Assembly (NCBI GenBank): GCA_020353515.1
Contig: CP070695.1
Coordinates: 2,770,155-2,834,154 of the forward strand
Direction: 5' to 3'
Source: Candidatus Heimdallarchaeota archaeon
GTDB lineage: Archaea > Asgardarchaeota > Heimdallarchaeia > Hodarchaeales > Hodarchaeaceae
DNA: 64,000 nucleotides
The notes below the pieces were generated by a model. That model did not search any database. It was not told the DNA's origin and worked only from the letters and a program-made list of their open reading frames with translations. Numbering within the stretch: position 1 is the first letter of the stretch; every line of letters begins with the position of its first letter. The position numbers were made by a program, and so were the translations under genes. Positions 43,526 through 53,584 of the stretch are shown piece by piece.

Positions 43526-44050
43526 ATGGATGAAACATCGGGAGATAAAACTCAAGTAGAGAATATACGCCTGAGAAAAATCCGTGAAAATATGAAGCGA
43601 AAACGCCCTCAGTTTCATAGGATCGAATCTTGGCGCTATAAGAGGGTAAAAGAAAGATGGCGAAAAGCACGTGGGATTGATTCTAAAACGCGTAAGAAAA
43701 AAGGTGGATGGCCTATCTCCCCAACAATTGGATTTCGTAGCCCTAAAAAGATTCGCTACCAATCATCTTCAGGAAAAGAAGAAGTATTAATTTATTCACC
43801 TGTAGATCTATCTCTAATCGATTCTGATCTTCAAGTTGGACGTATTGCAGCTAAAATAGGTAGAAAGAAGAGAGAACAGATCATTATGGAAGCAGAATTA
43901 CTTAATATTCACATATTAAATCCAATTTCTGCGAAAATAGATCTGGGTGATCTCGAAGAAGAATTAGAGCTCGATGAGGAGCTTTTAGAAGAGATAGACA
44001 TTGAGGATCTAGATATATCTGAGGATGAGGAATCTGGTGAAGAAGAATGA
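43526..44050 (+). CDS. rpl32e: 50S ribosomal protein L32e with acidic C-terminal extension
   Basis: RPQFHR.ESWRYKR...WRKARGIDSK, IHILNP. Confidence 0.96.
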   Translation: MDETSGDKTQVENIRLRKIRENMKRKRPQFHRIESWRYKRVKERWRKARGIDSKTRKKKGGWPISPTIGFRSPKKIRYQSSSGKEEVLIYSPVDLSLIDSDLQVGRIAAKIGRKKREQIIMEAELLNIHILNPISAKIDLGDLEEELELDEELLEEIDIEDLDISEDEESGEEE

Positions 44051-44514
44051 ATCTAACACCCCAGAAAAAGATTGCAGCTAAGATCTTAGGTGTTGGGGTC
44101 AAACGTGTCTGGATTGACCCAAATGTGGAAGAGGATCTTTCATTAGCTTTAACCCGTGATGATGTTAGGAAGTTAATCTCTGACCGAGTCATTCGTAAGA
44201 AAGGTGTTAGGGGGGTTTCAAAGGGACGTACTAGAATGGTACGAATTCAAAAAAGTAGAGGACAACGAAGAGGACATGGGAAACGCAAAGGACGAACAGG
44301 AGCTCGCCAACCTAGAAAAGAAACCTGGATCAATAAAGTAAGGAGCCAACGTAGATATCTTCGCGGTTTACGTGACAACCAACTTATCACTCCAGCACAA
44401 TATAGAAAACTCTATGTTAAAGTGAAAGGTAATTCTTATCGAAGCGTAACTCATCTTCGAAACACAGTTGAAGATTTGAGTATCATCAAGAAACCCAAAA
44501 AGAAAAGGAGATAA
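44047..44514 (+). CDS. rpl19e: 50S ribosomal protein L19e
   Basis: QKKIAAKILGVG..RVWID, GHGKRKG. Confidence 0.97.
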   Translation: MNLTPQKKIAAKILGVGVKRVWIDPNVEEDLSLALTRDDVRKLISDRVIRKKGVRGVSKGRTRMVRIQKSRGQRRGHGKRKGRTGARQPRKETWINKVRSQRRYLRGLRDNQLITPAQYRKLYVKVKGNSYRSVTHLRNTVEDLSIIKKPKKKRR

Positions 44515-44519
44515 TTCAA

Positions 44520-45110
44520 ATGGCTAGAAGTGCACGCTATCGCATTCCTTTCAGGCGTAGAAGGGAAGGAAAAACGAATTATCATCTAAGAAGGAGATTA
44601 GTTAGAAGTAATCGAAATAGAGCTGTTGTACGTATAACAAATAATCATTGTCTCGTACAATTTGTGAAAGCTCGAATTAATGGAGACGTAACTCTTTCTG
44701 CATCTCATTCACGTGAATTAAAGAATTTTAATTGGAATAGTGCTACTTCTAACCTCCCTAGCGCATATTTAGTAGGATTCTTAGCTGGTTTAAAAGCTTT
44801 AAATAACGGGATTACTGATGCAATTCTTGATATTGGACATAATCCTCCAGTTTATGGATCTCGAATTTTTGCCGCATTAAAGGGGATAATTGATGCGGGA
44901 GTAGACATTCCACATTCTGACAAGATTTTCCCAAATGAAAATCGGTTGAATGGAACTCATATTGTAGATTTTGCCAATTTCCTTAAAGATACTAATGAAG
45001 AGTTATTCAATAAACAGTTTTCAGAATACATTGCCCAAAATATAGACCCTTTGAAGATTCCCCAATTTTTTGATAAAACCAAGAAGGAGATTCAAGACAA
45101 ATACAGTTGA
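44520..45110 (+). CDS. rpl18: 50S ribosomal protein L18 (uL18)
   Basis: RRRREGKTNY, NLPSAYLVG, GVDIPH. Confidence 0.97.
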   Translation: MARSARYRIPFRRRREGKTNYHLRRRLVRSNRNRAVVRITNNHCLVQFVKARINGDVTLSASHSRELKNFNWNSATSNLPSAYLVGFLAGLKALNNGITDAILDIGHNPPVYGSRIFAALKGIIDAGVDIPHSDKIFPNENRLNGTHIVDFANFLKDTNEELFNKQFSEYIAQNIDPLKIPQFFDKTKKEIQDKYS

Positions 45111-45129
45111 TTTATGACGATTAATCTGG

Positions 45130-45780
45130 ATGTCAAATAACATGGAAAGAAATCAGGCAGTAGTGGATTTGGATTCATGGAAACCACGTACTGAAGTTGG
45201 ACAGATGGTAAAAGACGGAACGATTTCCTCAATTTATGACATTTTTCGTGACTCCCTCAGAATTGACGATGTCCGAATCGTGGATTTTCTTGTACCAAAT
45301 TTAAATGAGACAGTTCTTGATGTGGGTCGTGTTCAAAGACAAACCGATGCCGGAAGGAAAACATTGTTTGTCGCTACTGCTGGTGTAGGTAATTCAAATG
45401 GAATTGTTGGTGTTGCACAAGCAAAAGCCGCTGGTGTTGGTACAGCAATTAGGAACGCCATTGTTCTGGCTAAATTGCACATAGTTCCTGTAAAAAGAGG
45501 ATGTGGAAGTTGGGAATGTACGTGTAGCGATCCTCATTCTATTCCATTCCAAGTTGAGGGGAAGGTGGGTAGTGTGCGAGTGGTACTTAAACCAGCTCCT
45601 AAAGGATTGGGATTAGTCATTGGTGATGTAGCAAAAAGTGTTTTAGAATTGGCAGGAATCTCTGATATTTGGAGTAAAACGTTTGGTGATACTAGAACAA
45701 CTCAAAATTTCTGTAAAGCTACCTTTGAGGCACTACGAGCGACTTATCGGATATCCCACCTTTCTGAATGGGGTGATTGA
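45130..45780 (+). CDS. rps5: 30S ribosomal protein S5 (uS5)
   Basis: WKPRTEVG, QRQTDAG, RGCGSWEC, PAPKGLGLV. Confidence 0.97.
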   Translation: MSNNMERNQAVVDLDSWKPRTEVGQMVKDGTISSIYDIFRDSLRIDDVRIVDFLVPNLNETVLDVGRVQRQTDAGRKTLFVATAGVGNSNGIVGVAQAKAAGVGTAIRNAIVLAKLHIVPVKRGCGSWECTCSDPHSIPFQVEGKVGSVRVVLKPAPKGLGLVIGDVAKSVLELAGISDIWSKTFGDTRTTQNFCKATFEALRATYRISHLSEWGD

Positions 45781-45781
45781 A

Positions 45782-46279
45782 ATGTCCAAAAACAAAATTG
45801 AAATGACAAAGAGACTCGCTGTAATAAGAATTCGAGGCCGAGTTGATCGAAGTTTATCCATTAAAAAGACATTAGAGCTTTTACGACTGAATCGAATCAA
45901 TCATTGTGTCATTATTGATGATCGTGAGACCTATAAAGGAATGTTACAAAAAACCAAAGATCTCATCACTTGGGGAGAACTCGACTCTCTCACAATGAAA
46001 GAATTATTACTAAAAAGAGGACGATTAGAAGGTGGGCAACGGATTACAGAAGAATATGTTAAGAAAAACACCAATTTCTCTGGAATTGATGATTTTATTA
46101 CCAAGTTTCTTAAGTTTGAGGCAAATTTATCAGATATCAGAGGATTAAAGCAAGTTTTTCGATTACATCCTCCACGAAGGGGCCATAGGCGACGGGGAGT
46201 AAAGCAACCATTTACTCTTGGCGGATCTCTTGGCTACAGAGGAAATGAAATTAATAATTTGATTATAAAAATGGCTTGA
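45782..46279 (+). CDS. rpl30: 50S ribosomal protein L30 (uL30)
   Basis: AVIRIRG, GMLQK.KD.ITWGE, FRLHPPR.G; start adjusted to ATG 45782. Confidence 0.96.
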   Translation: MSKNKIEMTKRLAVIRIRGRVDRSLSIKKTLELLRLNRINHCVIIDDRETYKGMLQKTKDLITWGELDSLTMKELLLKRGRLEGGQRITEEYVKKNTNFSGIDDFITKFLKFEANLSDIRGLKQVFRLHPPRRGHRRRGVKQPFTLGGSLGYRGNEINNLIIKMA

Positions 46280-46290
46280 AGTGATCTTCA

Positions 46291-46746
46291 GTGACTGTTA
46301 GAAAGAGAAAAAAAGTTCGTAAACAACGAGGAAGTCGAACATATGGATATGGCCGAGTTTCAGGAGGCCATCGAAAAGGGGGTTCTCGAGGGGGAAAAGG
46401 TAATGCTGGAATAAAGAATCATCATCGAATTGGTCGAATTTCAGATGTTATAAAAAGTCAAAAAGGATTTACCGTTCCAACAACTCCCTCTACTGGTTCA
46501 TCAATTAACGTAGGAGATATTGATGCTCAATTTGATGCATTAATAGATATGAACATTGCCAAAAAGAAAGGTTCAGTTATCAAAATTGATGTTACTGATC
46601 TAGGCTACTCGAAAGTCATGGGTAAAGGACGTGTAAGTCATCCTTTTCATCTCTATGCGGAAAAAATTACACCTAGAGCTCAAGAGAAAATCAAAGCTGC
46701 TGGAGGAAAAACTTTTCCAAGTTCATCGCAAGAGGAAGATTATTAA
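46291..46746 (+). CDS. rpl15: 50S ribosomal protein L15 (uL15)
   Basis: RGSRTYGYG, GSRGGKGNAG, AQEKIKAAGG. Confidence 0.97.
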   Translation: MTVRKRKKVRKQRGSRTYGYGRVSGGHRKGGSRGGKGNAGIKNHHRIGRISDVIKSQKGFTVPTTPSTGSSINVGDIDAQFDALIDMNIAKKKGSVIKIDVTDLGYSKVMGKGRVSHPFHLYAEKITPRAQEKIKAAGGKTFPSSSQEEDY

Positions 46747-46806
46747 TATTAAGTCATCTTAATCTCTTTACACTAGTTTATTCGTATATCTTTGTGAGAA
46801 AATAAG

Positions 46807-46881
46807 GGGCCGGTGGTCTAGCCCGGCTATGACGTCTCCCTGACACGGAGAAGGTCCCCAGTTCGAATCTGGGTCGGCCCA
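46807..46881 (+). tRNA. tRNA-Val(GAC), intronless
   Basis: GGGCCGG/TCGGCCC acceptor; TCTCC-CTGACAC-GGAGA; GTTCGAATC. Confidence 0.95.
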
Positions 46882-46979
46882 CTATCTATTCCCCCTATAA
46901 TCAGAATTTCATTCTTCTCTGAAGGATGAAATCTCTCCATATATGAGCCTGAAGTTTCCACTTAACTGTCATCTAAGGA

Positions 46980-47062
46980 CGTCGGGAGGGGGATTTGAAC
47001 CCCCGAGCTCATAGAGCACCAACTTAGCAGGCTGGCTCCATACCGGGCTTGGATATCCCGAC
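46980..47062 (-). tRNA. tRNA-Ser(GCU), intronless
   Basis: GTCGGGA/TCCCGAC, G73; CCAGC-CTGCTAA-GTTGG; variable arm GCTC-TAT-GAGC. Confidence 0.95.
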
Positions 47063-47283
47063 ATATCACTTAAGAATGTCTTTTGAAGTGTTTAGGCTTA
47101 GATTTATTTAATTTTTGTTGAAAATCAGTAAATTGATCCTTTTAATTCGTGTGAACCAATATTATGTTTATTTGAAGAGAAGAAACCTTGATTATAAAGA
47201 ATTATTTGATGGTTTTTGAACTAGTTCAAAAAAGTCAAAAGGCTAGTTTTTACTCATAAATAGTTGATTATTAAGGGATAAAA

Positions 47284-47772
47284 ATGATATCAAAAAACTT
47301 AATGATGGCATTTCACAACTCTCATAGTCGAAAGGCTGTAAAATATTTTGCTGACACCTGTATCGGCTTAGGATGCAAGAATGTTATCTTTAGTAAAATT
47401 ACGGCTTCCGCAGCCTCTATAGGAATTCCTGATGCTCAAAAAGCCATTCTTAATGCCAGAGGAAATTTACTTTTTTTTTCTGATGTCAAAAGCATACTTG
47501 AAGTTTTACACCCCCATAAAATCTATTTACTTGTCTCACGTAAATATGGAGAGAGTTCAATTCCTTTTAAAGAGATAATTTCAGAGTTAAAGGTTGGAAA
47601 AGTTTTGGTTGTAGTAGGAGGTACGTCTCCTGGACTTACTAGAAAGGAATTAGATTTAGGGAAATGTATCTTCGTAGATGAAGTCGAAACAGATGTTAAT
47701 CCAATTGCATTAACAGCCCTATTTCTAGGTGGATTAACTAGAGTCGTTAAGGATAGTTCAATATTAGAATGA
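47284..47772 (+). CDS. DUF2122/COG4080 family SPOUT-like protein
   Basis: FHNSHS, SK...SAASIGIPDAQK, VVGGTSPGLTRKELDLG. Confidence 0.75.
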   Translation: MISKNLMMAFHNSHSRKAVKYFADTCIGLGCKNVIFSKITASAASIGIPDAQKAILNARGNLLFFSDVKSILEVLHPHKIYLLVSRKYGESSIPFKEIISELKVGKVLVVVGGTSPGLTRKELDLGKCIFVDEVETDVNPIALTALFLGGLTRVVKDSSILE

Positions 47773-48728
47773 GAATAATTGATCTATTTTGTGGATGTGG
47801 TGGTTTTTCATTTGGGTTTCAACTTGCTAATCCCCAAAATAGAATATCCTTGGCTATCGATAATGACTTCAGAGCAATACGTACTTATGTTGAAAACATC
47901 AAAGTTAGTAGAACCTTAACAAAAGATATCCGCAAGATTCATTCCAATGACATTTTAAATCTAATAAATCCATACAAACCTGATATTGTTATTGCTAGTC
48001 CTCCTTGTGAACCGTTTTCTGTAGCAAATCCTAATCGACAAAAATCAGCATATAATCAGCTCTATTCGGATAAGATAGGACGTCTGGTTCTAGATACAAT
48101 CCGGATTATTATCGATTTAGAACCAATTGTATTTTTAATCGAAAATGTCCCCCAATTAGCTTCAATTGAGCTAAAAGAATTAATAATTCACGAATTTTCT
48201 AGATCACAATACGAAAAAATTCACTTTAATATGTTAGAATCATCAGCTTTTGGAGTACCGAGTTATCGAAAAAGAATTTTCATCTCGAACGTGGAGTTGA
48301 AGTCAGGTTCAGATACATTGGGTGTTTCAGTCCGTGAAGCATTTCAATCATTACCAACTCCTAATTTGGAGATGATAAATCACGAAACAGTACCCCTCTC
48401 TCCTAAGATTGCCAGAAAAATAGCAAAAACTCCCCCAGGAGGAGCTGTTGTATATTTCAAAGGTAGTCATGGCAGAGTATTTCGTAATTTCATACGCTTA
48501 TTATTAAATCAACCAAGTCCAACTGTTATGGGGAAAAGTCGCTTTATTCATCCCTATGATAAACGTCTTTGTACAGTACGAGAACATGCCCGTTTAATGA
48601 GCTATCCAGACGATTTTCATTTCTATGGGACTATTGAATGGCAATATAATCAAGTTGGAGAAAGTGTACCTCCATTAATGGCTAAAGCGGTAGCACAACA
48701 AATCCAGACGAGGTTTCTCAAAACCTAA
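47769..48728 (+). CDS. C5 cytosine methyltransferase (Dcm family), orphan
   Basis: Motif I DLFCGCGGF, IV SPPCEPFS, VI ENV, VIII RKR, IX-X REHARLMSYPD..QVGESVPP. Confidence 0.93.
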   Translation: MRIIDLFCGCGGFSFGFQLANPQNRISLAIDNDFRAIRTYVENIKVSRTLTKDIRKIHSNDILNLINPYKPDIVIASPPCEPFSVANPNRQKSAYNQLYSDKIGRLVLDTIRIIIDLEPIVFLIENVPQLASIELKELIIHEFSRSQYEKIHFNMLESSAFGVPSYRKRIFISNVELKSGSDTLGVSVREAFQSLPTPNLEMINHETVPLSPKIARKIAKTPPGGAVVYFKGSHGRVFRNFIRLLLNQPSPTVMGKSRFIHPYDKRLCTVREHARLMSYPDDFHFYGTIEWQYNQVGESVPPLMAKAVAQQIQTRFLKT

Positions 48729-48788
48729 AGAAATATTTTTGAACTAATTATTGAAATTGCCGATTATAAGAAAAATAGGTCAGTAGAG

Positions 48789-49082
48789 GTGTTCTTGACG
48801 CAAGTAAGGATTATCCGAAAAGAAGAATCATTATTAGAATTTGAAGTGATAGGTGAAGATCACACGTTTTTGAGTATGCTTCGTGAGGCATTAAAGGATC
48901 AACCTGGGGTTTTATTTGCAGCTTATCGATTTCCACATCCGATTCTAGAAAATCCAATCTTTTATCTCCAAACTTCTTCTATTGATCCAGTTGAAGCCCT
49001 TCAGCAAGCTGCTGATGCTATCATTAATAAATGTGATACTTTAGTAGACAATTTCCAACAATCCCTCTCTGACTCCGTTTAA
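48789..49082 (+). CDS. rpoL: DNA-directed RNA polymerase subunit L (Rpo11)
   Basis: GEDHTF..LR..L, GVLFAAYRFPHP. Confidence 0.95.
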   Translation: MFLTQVRIIRKEESLLEFEVIGEDHTFLSMLREALKDQPGVLFAAYRFPHPILENPIFYLQTSSIDPVEALQQAADAIINKCDTLVDNFQQSLSDSV

Positions 49083-49102
49083 CCCTTCTTCTGGGTTGTA
49101 AA

Positions 49103-49558
49103 TTGCAGGAATTAAAGAACTCTCTTCGGATTCAAGATGAAAAAATGGGGAGAAGTAAAAATTTAACCACATACATTCATAACAAAAGTAATGCAAAACT
49201 CGGAGATGCTTTGGTCAACTTTATTTACTCTGTGGCAAAAAGTCTTGTCTCTGGAATACCAACAGGAATGAAAGTTTCTGATTCCATCCTTTCAGAGGCA
49301 TTTAAAGGATCCATGTGGCATAAGACAAATACTCTAAAGTTATCTGGAAAAAAAAATCGGATAGCTGATTCTGTGGAAGCTCTCATCCTTTTTTTTTGGG
49401 TACATGAAGGCTTAAGTCTTAAGAACCTGATTGAGCCCCTTGAGTCACAACTCGAACCCCAATCCTTTCGTCATCCAAAAGAAGAACACTTGACCGCAGT
49501 TTTATCGTTTCAGAATCTTCTAAATATCCTACATCAAATATATGTAGAAAGGAAATGA
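49103..49558 (+). CDS. Archaeal ribonuclease III-like domain protein
   Basis: AKLGDALVNFIYSVAKS...G.KV.D..L and ADSVEALI. Confidence 0.85.
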   Translation: MQELKNSLRIQDEKMGRSKNLTTYIHNKSNAKLGDALVNFIYSVAKSLVSGIPTGMKVSDSILSEAFKGSMWHKTNTLKLSGKKNRIADSVEALILFFWVHEGLSLKNLIEPLESQLEPQSFRHPKEEHLTAVLSFQNLLNILHQIYVERK

Positions 49559-49628
49559 TTATAAAGAAATTTATCGGTTAAAGTTTCCTTTCCTTTATTT
49601 TCAGTTGAATAAAATGAGTGGCGGTAAT

Positions 49629-50822
49629 TTATAGGTATTCATTCCGTCCTGAAAAGATATCACTACGATTAGATAAAACCTTTCTAGAAGCTAATTTGAA
49701 GTCATCAAAAGTAATGATTGTTCTTCTCTCACGAATAGCAAACATTCCAGCCTCTTGTGCTATAGCACGAATGTCAGCTCCAGAGGCGTGTCTGGTTTCA
49801 TCTGCAAAGAAGGAAAAATCAACCTTAGTATCGATGTTCATCAAACGAGTATGAATTTTAAAAATTTCTAATCTCTCTTCTTGGTTGGGTAACAGAACCT
49901 CAATATGTCTGTCAAAACGGCCAGGCCGTAGAAGAGCTGGATCCAAAATATCAACACGATTAGTCGCTCCAATGATCTTCACATCTCCACGAGGAGAGAA
50001 ACCATCTAATTCGCTAAGTAACTGCATTAATGTACGTTGAACTTCTCGGTCTCCACTTGTAGCAATATCCAATCTCTTACTCCCTATCGCATCAAGTTCA
50101 TCAATAAATAGAATGCTAGGTGAGTTCTCTCGTGCAAAAGAAAAAACCTCACGCACAAGTCGAGCTCCTTCTCCGATATATTTTTGGACAAGTTCAGAAC
50201 CAATTACACGAATAAAAGTTGCTTTAGTTTCATGGGCAACAGCTTTAACCATGAGAGTTTTTCCTGAACCTGGGGGGCCATGAAGTAGCACTCCTTTTGG
50301 TGGTTCAATACCAATTTTTTCAAATAATTCAGGTTGTAACAAAGGTAATTCTACAGTTTCACGAAGTTCTTGAAGTTGGTCTTTTAAACCCCCAATATCA
50401 GCATATGTTTCAGAAGGTTTTGTCTCAATTTCCATTGAGCGAACACTAGGATCAAGTGACTGAGGTAGAACCTCAAGAATAGCAAAATTTCGTTGATGTA
50501 ATGCCACCCGTGCACTCGGAGTTAAAAACTCCTTGGGTATTGAAGAATCTACAACAACCACAAATGAAGGCCCAGTAGAACTTTTAACAATAGCTTTGCC
50601 ATTTTCTAAGATTTCTTGTAATGTTCCAGTAAATAAGGGTGGTTGTCGAAGTTTTTGGAGTTCTAATTTGAGATTGTCTCTTTCTTCTTCCAATTTGTTC
50701 CTCTGAACTTCAAGTAATTGACGTTCAGTTTCTAATGCACGAATTCGACGTTCCATTGTCCGTGTATATGAGTCAGCAAAATCATCAAACGAAGCTTTTT
50801 TATTATCCACAGTGTCTGGCAT
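49629..50822 (-). CDS. pan: Proteasome-activating nucleotidase
   Basis: N-terminal coiled coil, VKSSTGP, GPPGSGKT, FIDELD, DPALLRPGRFDR, C-terminal HbYX (EYL). Confidence 0.97.
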   Translation of the reverse strand: MPDTVDNKKASFDDFADSYTRTMERRIRALETERQLLEVQRNKLEEERDNLKLELQKLRQPPLFTGTLQEILENGKAIVKSSTGPSFVVVVDSSIPKEFLTPSARVALHQRNFAILEVLPQSLDPSVRSMEIETKPSETYADIGGLKDQLQELRETVELPLLQPELFEKIGIEPPKGVLLHGPPGSGKTLMVKAVAHETKATFIRVIGSELVQKYIGEGARLVREVFSFARENSPSILFIDELDAIGSKRLDIATSGDREVQRTLMQLLSELDGFSPRGDVKIIGATNRVDILDPALLRPGRFDRHIEVLLPNQEERLEIFKIHTRLMNIDTKVDFSFFADETRHASGADIRAIAQEAGMFAIRERRTIITFDDFKLASRKVLSNRSDIFSGRNEYL

Positions 50823-51455
50823 TCTATTACCTACTTATTATTTGATTTTTTTGGAATATTGAGCGGTTTCTTGTCACTAAAGCTTTAATTAATAGCGGAG
50901 AGAAGATTATTGAATCAAAGATTGTACTAGCTGACAAAATTAGAAATAATTCTGTCAAGATCTCATAGCAAACCATTACTTATTTTTCTTTTCTTTTCGA
51001 CATACACAACTGGCTAGGTTATTAAAAGTGACAGAGGTATATTCAATTTTATTCATATCATAAGCTTTTTTTTTTACTTTGTTGTTACTAGTTCTAACTA
51101 GAATTTAATATAAGCCCAAATTCAAGGATTTATTTGTGTTAATTGTTCTAGACATCCATAGAATTTCAATGTGAAGATTAAACGATCTTTCTAAAAACTC
51201 ACTCTGCTTCTAGTCTGAAATTCTTTTGTTTTGATATAGCCATTATGTTAGTCGAATATTTCTGTAAGAAGTGGGTGAAAAATCGAAAACCAACCCGTGT
51301 AAGACGATCTTTGTAGGTCGTTACAGTTCTCTCTACTTTATACTCCTAGATCTCATCATTTTAAAGAAAAAATTCTCCCCTGATGATGAAAAATATTCCT
51401 GAATGGCTTTATAATACTCTTAGATTTTTTCTAAAATTAAGAGGAAGTATTCAAC

Positions 51456-51977
51456 TTGAGCAGGATACAACCGTGTGAAATGTGTGGGGTCGAAGCACCA
51501 GTTACCCTTATTGAAATTGACCATGTGGAGTTACATGCATGTCCTAAGTGTGCTAGATTTGGAAAACCTGTAATTCGTCGTCCAAAGAAGAGGATTCCAA
51601 GCCCAGTTACCCGTTCGGTCCCTCTTAAGAAATCTCCCTCACGAACCATTAGTCCCCCTAAAAAGGATTTTCTTCACGATAAAATTTTAGTGGATGGGTA
51701 TGGACAATTGATTCAAGAAAGCAGACGTGAGCGTGGATTAGGACGAGCTGAATTCGCTCAGTTGATTAAAGAAAAAGAGACATTACTTGCACGAATTGAA
51801 GCTGAAAAAGTTCTGCCTACTGATCGAGTTGTAGCTAAAATTGAACGCGAATTAGATATTGAGCTTAAGACAGAAGTTTCTGATGAAGGCTCTTTCATTG
51901 AAGATACTATTCCAAGGTCAACAACAATAGGTTCGATTGCTAAAATCAAAAGGAAGAAGAGTAATAAGTCTCCTTAA
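51456..51977 (+). CDS. mbf1: Archaeal multiprotein bridging factor aMBF1
   Basis: CEMCG...CPKCARFG Zn ribbon plus HTH and C-terminal TTIG. Confidence 0.92.
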   Translation: MSRIQPCEMCGVEAPVTLIEIDHVELHACPKCARFGKPVIRRPKKRIPSPVTRSVPLKKSPSRTISPPKKDFLHDKILVDGYGQLIQESRRERGLGRAEFAQLIKEKETLLARIEAEKVLPTDRVVAKIERELDIELKTEVSDEGSFIEDTIPRSTTIGSIAKIKRKKSNKSP

Positions 51978-52153
51978 AATATCCACCACTCCCAAATGAT
52001 CAGAAATTATGAAGTTAAATTACACGATAAACTTTAACAACTCGTCACAAGGACGAAATAGATGGATATTTAGAGGTTTTAGACCTCTCTTATCAAATAG
52101 ATTTAATAAAAAAACTCTCCTTACGAGTAATCACCATCAAAGAGAAGATTAAA

Positions 52154-52540
52154 TTGGTTATGCTTGACCCTCTAGCTAATGCGATGTCGACAATAGCAAA
52201 TGCTGAAATCCTAGGGCGGAAAGAAGTGACCATTAGACCAGCAAGTCGGATCATTGCTAATGTTCTACGGGTCATACAGAAGTATGGAACCATTGGTGAA
52301 TTTGAAGTAATGGAAGACCTTTGGATAATTTCTGTTCAGCTTTTAGGTCGAATCTCCAAAATCGGGGTTATTAAACCTCGTTATCCAGTTAGAGTTAGAG
52401 ATTATGTTGAATGGGAAAAACGCTTTCTTCCAGCTCGAGACATGGGGATTTTGGTTGTTTCAACCTCAGAAGGAGTAATGTCTCACCATGAGGCAATAGA
52501 AAAAAACCTGGGTGGACGATTACTGGCTTATGTGTATTAG
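52154..52540 (+). CDS. rps8: 30S ribosomal protein S8 (uS8)
   Basis: [33 protein letters not shown]. Confidence 0.98.
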   Translation: MVMLDPLANAMSTIANAEILGRKEVTIRPASRIIANVLRVIQKYGTIGEFEVMEDLWIISVQLLGRISKIGVIKPRYPVRVRDYVEWEKRFLPARDMGILVVSTSEGVMSHHEAIEKNLGGRLLAYVY

Positions 52541-52564
52541 CTTCAAGTTTGGAGCGTATTTATA

Positions 52565-53122
52565 ATGAAACATTATGCGATCGAAAAGATCATCGAGGTA
52601 CCTGAAAATACCACAGCTTCTCTTACTCCTGTCCGTGGAGGAAAAACTGTTCAAATTAAAGGACCTAAAGGTGAACTCGTGCGTACTTTTAAACAACTGA
52701 AAGTTCAATTATTTTTCATTGACAATAAATTTGTTATCCAAAGCTTCTTTGGTAATAAAGCGGAAGCATCCATGGTTGGAACCATAGCAGGCCATTTAAC
52801 CAACATGATAAAAGGAGTCACAGAGGGATTCACTTATAAGGTACGTGTGATTACGTCTCACTTTCCCGCTACAGTCGAAATCCAAGAGCAGGAGCAATTG
52901 ATTTACGTTAAGAATCTTTATGGAAGACGAGATCCTATAAGAATTCCATTTGATAAATCAGTCAAGATCACCGTAAAAGGAGATATGGTAACCATGACTG
53001 GAATTGACATTGAAAAGGTCTCACAGGCCGCAGCAAGGTTAGCAGAAGCTACTCGTTTACGAGGACGGCGAAGTAAGGATCCAACGGTCTTTCAAGATGG
53101 CCTTTACGTAGTATACCCTTAG
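52565..53122 (+). CDS. rpl6: 50S ribosomal protein L6 (uL6)
   Basis: KGPKGEL, NMIKGVTEGF, SHFP, DPTVFQDGLY. Confidence 0.97.
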   Translation: MKHYAIEKIIEVPENTTASLTPVRGGKTVQIKGPKGELVRTFKQLKVQLFFIDNKFVIQSFFGNKAEASMVGTIAGHLTNMIKGVTEGFTYKVRVITSHFPATVEIQEQEQLIYVKNLYGRRDPIRIPFDKSVKITVKGDMVTMTGIDIEKVSQAAARLAEATRLRGRRSKDPTVFQDGLYVVYP

Positions 53123-53308
53123 AATGTAAAAGATTAGGGATATACGAGCCTTTTGTATTTTTTATGAGTTAGAAGAAACCAACTTTCTTAGCTAAGTAGA
53201 TTTTCAATTAAAAAGATTAAAAAAAAGAGTTCACATCAAGAATTAAAACTTCAAATACTAAATAAATTCTTATATCTACTGAACCATTTACATCAATAGA
53301 CATCTTTT

Positions 53309-53435
53309 GGGCCTGTAGCTCAGTTTAGGGTGTAAAGGGTTTCCCCACCTCTGAAATGGTTAGAGCGTCCGGCTCATATAGCCCAATTATGCTTGAGAAA
53401 CCGGATGGTCGTGGGTTCAAATCCCCCCAGGCCCA
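53309..53435 (+). tRNA. tRNA with CAU anticodon, probably tRNA-Ile2; two introns (D-loop 53326-53356, canonical 53379-53399)
   Basis: Ile-type acceptor GGGCCTG/CAGGCCC; BHB helices TCAG/CTGA and CTCA/TGAG with 3-nt bulges; 75 nt after splicing. Confidence 0.88.
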
Positions 53436-53450
53436 TTCCTTGTTCAAAAA

Positions 53451-53555
53451 GGCATCATAGCTCAGTTAGGTAGAGCGTCCGGCTGTTAATTTGTATCTCT
53501 TAAAGATTACGATACAGATACCGGGTGGTCGCAGGTTCAAGTCCTGCTGGTGCCG
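53451..53555 (+). tRNA. tRNA-Asn(GUU) with 31-nt canonical intron (53489-53519)
   Basis: GGCATCA/TGGTGCC, G73; TCCGG-CTGTTA|A-CCGGG; BHB helix CTGT/ACAG. Confidence 0.93.
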
Positions 53556-53584
53556 TTTCTCTCTTTTTAACAATGCTTAAAGGA

